From NCBI RefSeq assembly GCF_001194135.2, contig NC_068981.1, forward strand, positions 116,512,725 to 116,544,810: a DNA stretch of 32,086 bases. Direction: 5' to 3'. A program made the translations under genes and the position numbers. Source of the stretch: Octopus bimaculoides (lineage: Eukaryota). Shown one piece after another: positions 24,864 through 32,086 of the stretch. The stretch's first letter is position 1; each line of letters opens with the position of its first letter. Under the pieces are notes generated by a model that saw nothing but the letters and a program-made list of their open reading frames with translations, was not told the origin of the DNA and did no database searches.

Positions 24864-25071
24864 AGGTTCATCTGCAAATTTTTGTGTTATATATTCATGA
24901 ACAGATTTTTATACGTTATTGCTGATGTGTTTCTTTGTTTAAAAACATTAAATGAATTTCTGTTAGCTGCTAATCTGATACAAATACAACCATAAGCAAA
25001 CACTCAGACTTGGATGCTTACAATGCCATGTATATTACACACACACTTACACACACATACATACACACACA

Positions 25072-25105
<34 letters not shown>

Positions 25106-27008
25106 TATTCGCGTAATTATATATGTAGATATCTGTGTGTTTGTGTATATGTGTTTCTTCTGCATAAACATATGTGACTTGCTCTAGGTTTGCATGTATA
25201 TTTATATATGCACCTCAAATTCACCAACAGCTTTACTTTTGTGCATGTCTCAGTGAAAATAACAATATTTTCATTTCAGAAATTTCTACTATGATTTTTC
25301 CTGGAGCACAGATGTTTTATCTGTCTTTTGACATATAGTTCTTTTGAGTATGCCATCAATATAGGAATTATTCTCTCGTCTAAACTTGAAGATGTTTTTA
25401 GTTGCTAAGGCTTTTTATTTGTAACTATTTCGTATTCATATTTGCAGAAATATGGATTTTGTTTAGAAGAATATTACCTGATTTCAAACCTTACATTTGA
25501 TTGACATGATTTCACAAATAATACGTAAGCAAAGTTAAACAATGATCCAGACGCCGACCTGTATGAGATGCTTGTCTAGAGACTACTGCATATTCTACAC
25601 GTCTTTATTTTATGTAGAATATCTCTTTCGTATTTCCCGCTATTGAGGACGAAAGTATTTCCAGCGTTATGTCGCAAAAATTTGGCAACCGCCTTAGTGG
25701 AGAAAGAATACATTTTTCAAAGCCAACTTATACTGCAAATAAATATTATCTATAGTAAATTTACTGTGTCTCATTGATAGAAAAGGTAGAGAACGAATGT
25801 GAACTCTAAGTAAGCAGCATGAAATATATGTCAGTAAGCCACCAACCAAACGTTTTGGCAAATAGTGTTGAGGTGTCGAGATTTTTACTATATTTATTTT
25901 CTATAGTTTCAAGTCAATCAAGATTCGATCTCAATCTGTATCTTCGATATGGGATTTCCTTAAAGACCGAAAATATCTATATCTATGCATGATCTGCAAC
26001 ATGTTCTAATTAAACTAATTTTCGCTATACTTATCAGTATGTATTGCTGGTTTAAAAGAAAGCTACACCAAAGAAAGTAGTTCGTAATACCTATCATAGA
26101 TAAAATCTGGACAAACATAATGAATTATAACTATATATCATAGATAAAATATTCTGTCATGTAAAACGTATTAATATTTTATTACGTATTACTACAAACT
26201 AAATCTACCAGATGTACACTTTCTACCTACTCGTTCCTCTTTTGATTTGTCCCGCCACTCCAAATCACACTAAATATCTTGTCTAATATTCTTATATACT
26301 AACACAAATATCTGGGGCTCCCTCACGTCTAGGCTTTTCAAATAAAACATTATGTTAGCCTTCCAACTGCTGTAGAACACTCTACGAATGACAACGTTGA
26401 GGTCCCAACATTGTTTTAGTTTCAGTGTTCTACTGCATACATATGTACAGACAGTGGTGTTTCTCCTATTTTATGTCATTGGAATTATTAACCGCAATCA
26501 AGTTACTCTCTTATTTGTATTTCATCTGCGTTTTGAAAAAAAAAAACATATTTAGTTTGATCTCTCAAGAACCAAAATATGCTGCGACTATTAAGACCGT
26601 AGATGGATTACTGATTGTAGATAACTGAATAAACCAGCAAAACAAGACAGCATAGAACATAGGAGAACCCTTAAAATATAGAACGTGAGTATGATGAAAA
26701 CAGAGGATCCTAAATAAGATAGAGAAAATTGTATCTAATGCAAAATGACTAAAGCTTTGAAATATTTTTCCGACTCTGTACTCTAATTTGAAATTTCATC
26801 GAGGTCAATTTCACTTTTCACGTTTTCTAGGTCAACGAAAATGTACAAATCTAAGAAGATTGGTTGGCGAATCTGTAAGAACTTTGGCCTGGATACCTTG
26901 TAATGTCGCAGTTTTCTGTGTTCTGAACACAAACCATGCCATTGAATAATTAGGTGGTAAACTGAAACTATTGCCAAATTTAACAAGAACGCAGGGTAAT
27001 TTTAGCGT

Positions 27009-27046
27009 CTTTAGTGGATTCAGCTCTATCGCTGAATCCACTAAAG
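27009..27046. repeat. Perfect 16-bp inverted repeat with 6-nt loop
   Basis: CTTTAGTGGATTCAGC-tctatc-GCTGAATCCACTAAAG. Confidence 0.95.
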
Positions 27047-28484
27047 CATTTGTGTTAGGTTTCTCTGTTGAAGATACATTTCTCCCAGCACTTTTGGAGG
27101 CCTGGTTCTAGGTCTAGTTCCATGGACATTGCATTCTCGAAAGACTAAAGTACGAAAGCGTAATGTTTTTAAAAATTGATGATTCTTATAGGAATAAATC
27201 AATAAGATATAAAGGGTAATTTTTATATGGCCCGACATTTATTTCACAATCACACACATAAGTTGTTATACAAAGATCATTATAAACAAGTTCTGAAAAA
27301 GAAACTTGTACTCAATTTGCGGGGAATGTATCTCTCAGACTTAGAAGGAATACATTTGTGATTAAATTTAGCAACTAATTCAAGGAATCCGTTGGCTATC
27401 CCTCGATAAAGCTTCTACACGATCACCCAATACAATAGAAAGATGATACGAATAGAGACTTAAATCCCATGGTTTGGGCACCTTTGATTTTAGGACTTCT
27501 CGACTTTGCACATATCGACAAAATATTTAGTTTTAATTCACTGATGGGTTGATAATATTCAATAACTAAAGTTTAATGTTTGAATGGCTTCCCAAATTTA
27601 TTTAAATGATAAAATAAAAATGAAATATATCTAAAACGAGTTGATATTATTTTGTTGGAAATATCTCTCTTCATTCGTGCAGGAAAAGTTTAAGCAATGA
27701 GGAAAAGGAAAAGGTTGTTGCAATGTTGCCTTTCACAATGAACACGACAGCCTAACAGCCTAACTAGGAGAAACTAGTTTTTCAAGTGAAGAATAAAGCC
27801 TAATCAGTGTCTCCTCTTCTGGGAAACATAGTATAACCAATTGTGTTACCGACGAGATCATGATGATATCATTGCTGTAATTAGCATGTAACAAACTTCT
27901 AGTGTGTCATACTATACTGTATCTTTCTGGTGTGTCATACATTGTTCGTGTGCTTCAGAGACGAGAGATTGAAAAGTCACATTCAAAATGGCCTCAGATT
28001 CTTCAAAAGGGTAGGTGCACCACAATACACTATACCTTACCCACCGAAATGGTAAGCTATCATACATACACATATACGTAAGCACGTTCACGGACACACA
28101 CACACACACACAAATATCTGCATACATACACATGCAGTGTCGTAATTATATGTTATATATATTTGTTTGTATGTGCTTTGATTGTGTGTGTATGTGTGTC
28201 TGTGCATGCGTGCATGTGTGTGCGTAGTGTGTACGTGAATGTGTGTGCTGTTTGTGTGCATATCAACAATGCCCCACGAACGTGTACGATCACTAATCCT
28301 TATATATCTGAAAATGATTATATTATTCTATGCAAAATATATGATACTTATTCCCTGTGTGTGACTGAGTATCTGTGTGTGCGTGTATACATACATACAT
28401 ACAAACATACTTACATTCAAACATACATACATACATATATATACACATATATACACACACAAGTGAAATAAAATGAGATTATCG

Positions 28485-28632
28485 ATAGTCTTTATTAAAA
28501 TCATGACAATCGTTTCGACGCATTCTTACACCTGTCATGCATACGAAGATGTTTTGGGATCATTATTTTATATCCAAGGTGTAGAATATAAAATCTAACA
28601 AATTCCAGAAAGTTTCTGACATGCATGCACTT
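28485..28632 (-). mobile_element. Probable inverted Penelope-like terminal repeat with degenerate hammerhead-like core and AATAAA
   Basis: On -, the segment reads aagtgcat...tacaccttgga..taaaata...acaggtgt...cGAAAC-gatt-GTC-atgattttAATAAA, homologous to 31725-31780. Confidence 0.55.
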
Positions 28633-28984
28633 TAATTATCATACTCTACTGCTAATAACGGAGGTTATTACATTCATAAACTTAATAATAGAATGATAAA
28701 CTAGGCGTTACATAAAATAATTAGTGGGAAAAAGATAGAAATGATCCATCTAATACGAATGGTAATGGTTAAAAAGAAATTAATCAAGCTCATCTAAATA
28801 ATTATAAGATAAAGAGGCGATGGCAAAAATAACAAGAGTAAAAACTGATACAGTACTAGAAACAGCAAGGATGGAAATGAAGGATACATTTAGAGATCTA
28901 AGTATAAAAGCAGAAACAAAAAAAGATATAATTAAGAATGGAAGAAAGACAGGTCACAACAATTTGGAAAACATTGTGGTAAGC

Positions 28985-29400
28985 AATTGTAGTTTGCGGA
29001 ACAGGAATACATGTCTTCTGCAAAATGAATGCCTTCGGAGGACGTAATATACAAATGTACAGTGCATACACTAGCAGATGTATTTGTATATAGTGGTGCG
29101 ACTGCAGGTTCCTTTAAAAATCGATATCGGAACTATATTGCATTATTCAAAAACATTAATTGGAGACGTTGCATATCACCCGCTGACCTGGTTAGGAGAC
29201 TCAAGGAAGGTAGAGTGATATACTATATCACGTGGTCGATAATAAAAAATGCATATCCAGATAATACGTTTTCAAGATCTTGCAATCTCTGTGCTGGGGA
29301 AGCTTTATACACTTTAATGATTGCTGATAAACTGGTGAATAGGTTCTACGAAAGGTTTATAAGATGCAACCGTTGATTAAATTGTTCATTTTGAAATTGT
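28985..29400 (+). mobile_element. Penelope-like element GIY-YIG endonuclease remnant
   Basis: CS.RNRNTC.LQNECL, then a frameshift at ~29040, then DVIYKCTV...VYSGAT.GSFKNRYRNY...ITWSIIK...SRSCNLC..E.L...KLVNR. This is the Cys-rich leader, GIY/YIG motifs and C-terminal CNLC typical of Penelope endonucleases. Confidence 0.9.
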
Positions 29401-29429
29401 ATAAGAACAGCCAACGTAGTGGTGTCGGA

Positions 29430-30270
29430 TCATAAACACATGGAAATGACCGGGACAGGTATAAGGAGTGACGTTTAACCGGTAAAAGTCAGTGGGCTTG
29501 GGGCTCGGCACCTAGAGAAGCATGTCCATGCCGTCCAACTGCATCACTGGGCGCTGGACAGACAGACGGACCAGTTAAATTGCTCGGGGTCTGGTTTGGT
29601 CCGGACCTCCAAATGGACAAACACAGCGACGACGTAACGAGCAAGGTGACTACCATCACTCAGAAACGAATCGAGAGGAAGCTATCCCTAAAATGTCGGG
29701 CGCAGGTGGCTAACGCGTCGATCGCGTCTGTTAGTACTACCGTCTGATTATGTTGGAGTGTATACTCGTCCTCTTCATGCGGAAGGGACGCCCCCATCCC
29801 CGATGATCAGGCGGACTATTTGCTGTAAACTCCCGCTGCGTGATGGCCTGGGCATGCCGTGGTTGTTGATGAGCAGACATACGCTGAGGCTACGACATCT
29901 CCTTGACGGTGAACAGGTGTGGTTGCTGTTTGCCAGACTCGTACTTCCACAGCTAATTCCTTCAACGGAGCTGCAGACCTGGGTAAAACAGACTGAGAGA
30001 AGACATTTGGGAAATGGAATGTCTTCAAATGCTCACTGCCCTCAGACAGTCGGACACTGCGATAGGGGAATCAGTAGAGGGAAAGTTCGACGGCATTCTT
30101 GGTGAGACATTGGGCATCAAAGATCAGCTAGCGGCTTTGTCCGGAGAACTTTCGGCACGGGACCGAAGTCTCTGACCTGGCAGTGCTACCGAGGAGCTTT
30201 GTCAGAATTCCTGTCAGTCGCGCATATCCGAGATATGCGCAGGACGACGAGACGAGCTTGCATACTCTCT
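29430..30270 (+). mobile_element. Tx1/L1-clade non-LTR retrotransposon ORF2 C-terminal fragment (pseudogenised)
   Basis: Broken frames give KSVGLGLGT*R...RWTD/GPVKLLGVWFGPDLQMDK...RKLSLKCRAQVAN...YYRL...RRTICC..P...GLGMPWL...RH.LRLRHL...WQCYRGAL (30178-30201) and a decayed CX2CX8H knuckle (YPRYAQDDETSLH, 30225-30263). Confidence 0.85.
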
Positions 30271-30486
30271 GCTTGTGATCAGAGATGCACATATCGTCAG
30301 CCACCAAGGGACATGCTCAACTGGTTAAGGTCAACAAACTGACAAGCAAATCTGTGGCATTGAGCAGAATATTTGCTGTAGAGCATCTTTTATATCTATA
30401 CCAAGACAAAACAATGTACATAACAATACTTGCAGTCAGTTAAGATGAGAAACCATGAGAGCCAGTGCCTGGTACTGCATCAGGGC

Positions 30487-30490
<4 letters not shown>
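30271..30490 (+). mobile_element. Probable 5'-truncated retroposon 3' end with (ATT)n tail
   Basis: Non-coding segment with an abrupt loss of Tx1 similarity, ending ...actgcatcagggcattt directly in (ATT)n. It resembles a recalled abundant octopus repeat (unverified). Confidence 0.5.
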
Positions 30491-30574
<84 letters not shown>

Positions 30575-30593
30575 ATTGTTGTTATTGTTGTTG

Positions 30594-30685
<92 letters not shown>

Positions 30686-30704
30686 ATTGTTGTTATTGTT
30701 GTTG

Positions 30705-30752
<48 letters not shown>
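30487..30752. repeat. Compound (ATT)n/(GTT)n microsatellite with a duplicated higher-order block
   Basis: Two copies of roughly (ATT)17-18(GTT)11 ATT(GTT)2 ATT(GTT)4, followed by further (ATT)n. Confidence 0.95.
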
Positions 30753-30755
<3 letters not shown>

Positions 30756-30900
30756 TAGGAAGGAAGGTTCCTCTGTTTAGACGAACTTTCCTACCTTTTC
30801 GGACAAAACCTTTTGTAACCTTCGTCCTGTCTTTGTCCTTATATGTTTTTAATTGATATTAGCCCTTGTCGCCAATAAAACGAATTAATTATTATTATTA
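30753..30900 (+). mobile_element. Possible LINE 3' UTR with polyadenylation signal and (TTA)n tail
   Basis: Pyrimidine-rich stretch, AATAAA at 30874-30879, then ttattattatta. Confidence 0.35.
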
Positions 30901-31710
30901 ACTTATTCTGCTTAACTGTATGGTATTGTATTATCTATCTATGCAGTTTACAAATGATGTGATTGTATGTGATTGTGTACATATGTGCTTATATAAATAG
31001 GTAAATCCATATAAAGTTTTACTATTTCTTTGAAATTATTACGAAGAAGCATGTATGCGAATGTGTGTGTGTGATTTGTGTGTGTGTGTGTATGTGGAAG
31101 TGTGTACATGCTTACATACATATATGTATGTGTGTGTGTGTGTCTGTAACAATGTACACTACCTTTTAGGTTGGTGTATGGTGCAATATGTGTGTGCGGA
31201 ACGAGTAAAGATACAGACTAGTTTATCTTTTCTTATCATTTCAAAGATGCGGATAGAAACTAGACGGTAATAAATTAACTTTAAATAGAGACTCATTCTA
31301 GTTCTAGCATAGGGCAGTTATTCTGTAGGGGTAGAAGGAAGGTAATTTCAACCCTTAAAGGAGACAAGCAAATCGTTGCCATGTACTGATATGGTCAGTC
31401 TCGACCTACTTATCACGTTATTATCTATAAACGTTTTCTTTTTATTCTTTGGTCTAATACTTTCTTCCTTATAATCTGACCTCTAGATAGAATAGAAATT
31501 AATTTACACTCTGTCTGACACACTTATTTTCTTTTTTGTATTCTTTTTATATATGTATTTTATATTTTCATTGTAGTTGTATTTTGTCTTTCACAGTATG
31601 TATGGTTTTAGTTTTAGTTTTGTCTGCGAACTGCTGAGTATGACACATCAATCATGGTATACGTTATCAGAGTGAAATGGCGAGATGATCTAACGAAGTA
31701 TTTATTTAAA

Positions 31711-31780
31711 ACAATCACCAGAGGAAGTGCATTGTACACCTTGGCTGTAAAATACAGGTGTCGAAACGATTGTGATTTTA
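31711..31780 (+). ncRNA. Degenerate type I hammerhead-ribozyme-like motif (probable Penelope terminal repeat)
   Basis: CAGAGGA (31719-31725, versus the CUGANGA consensus), helix ACACCT/AGGTGT (31736-41/31756-61) and GAAAC-gatt-GTG (31763-31774). The U4 position and cleavage-site H17 deviate from consensus, so it is probably inactive. Confidence 0.4.
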
Positions 31781-31920
31781 TATATAGAATGTCTTTAATT
31801 TAATTTCGATGGAATTACGGATGTATATCTAGTAGGAGCATTTCTTCTGTATGATCACATCAAGTAGCCAATAAAGCTGAATGAGCTCTGCATAGCATTC
31901 AACAAAGATTTTACATGAAT

Positions 31921-32086
31921 CTTATCTTTCTTTCTTTCTCTGTCTCTGTCTCTGTCTCTCTCTGTGTCTCCGTCTCTATTTCTCTGTCTCTGTGTCTCTC
32001 TCTGTCTGTCGCTGTCTGTCTGTTTGTCTGTCTGTCTCTGTCTCTGTCTCTCTCTCTCTCACTACATATATATATATATATATATA
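31921..32086. repeat. (CT/CTGT)n and (TA)n microsatellites
   Basis: Directly visible. Confidence 0.95.

Noticed and set aside
9855-24995. ORFs of 100-274 aa containing X runs or YI/CV/HT repeats
   Set aside because: They span N gaps or (TA)n/(CA)n/(TATG)n repeats and are not evidence of coding.
26831-27238. Short ORFs and a good plus-strand acceptor around the hairpin
   Set aside because: There is no recognisable protein and no consistent exon structure.
27960-28016. Plus-strand 52-bp exon-like segment (cttcAG...AAGG|GTAGGT)
   Set aside because: It is very short, two frames are open, and there is no homology or partner exon.
30489-30752. CRISPR-like or other prokaryotic arrays anywhere in the window
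   Set aside because: No repeat-spacer structure, operons or bacterial-type genes are present. The sequence is eukaryotic repeat-rich DNA.
30430-30856. Poly-I/V, poly-Y/C and poly-L ORFs
   Set aside because: These are three frames of the (ATT)/(GTT) microsatellite.

Overview
This is an AT-rich, microsatellite-dense eukaryotic window with six N gaps, almost entirely non-coding. The repeat types resemble a cephalopod (octopus-like) genome, which is my inference from recalled repeat families and is not verified. No intact gene is visible, and nearly all long ORFs in the track are artefacts of microsatellites or N runs. Supported content is mostly decayed mobile DNA: a mariner transposase pseudogene (~5302-6275); two copies of a rearranged mariner derivative sharing one inversion junction (350-1100 and 15645-16321); a Helitron helicase remnant; several tRNA-derived SINE-like copies; a Penelope-like GIY-YIG remnant with hammerhead-like terminal motifs; and a Tx1/L1-like LINE fragment abutting further retroposon 3' ends. 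Two weak host-gene candidates remain: a 118-bp minus-strand exon-like segment (21901-22018) and a frameshifted low-complexity reading frame carrying an RVxF-like motif (8151-8695). I find no convincing wholly new biological system. The best leads are the fold-back mariner derivative and the degenerate ribozyme-like termini. Most boundaries are approximate (within tens of bp).
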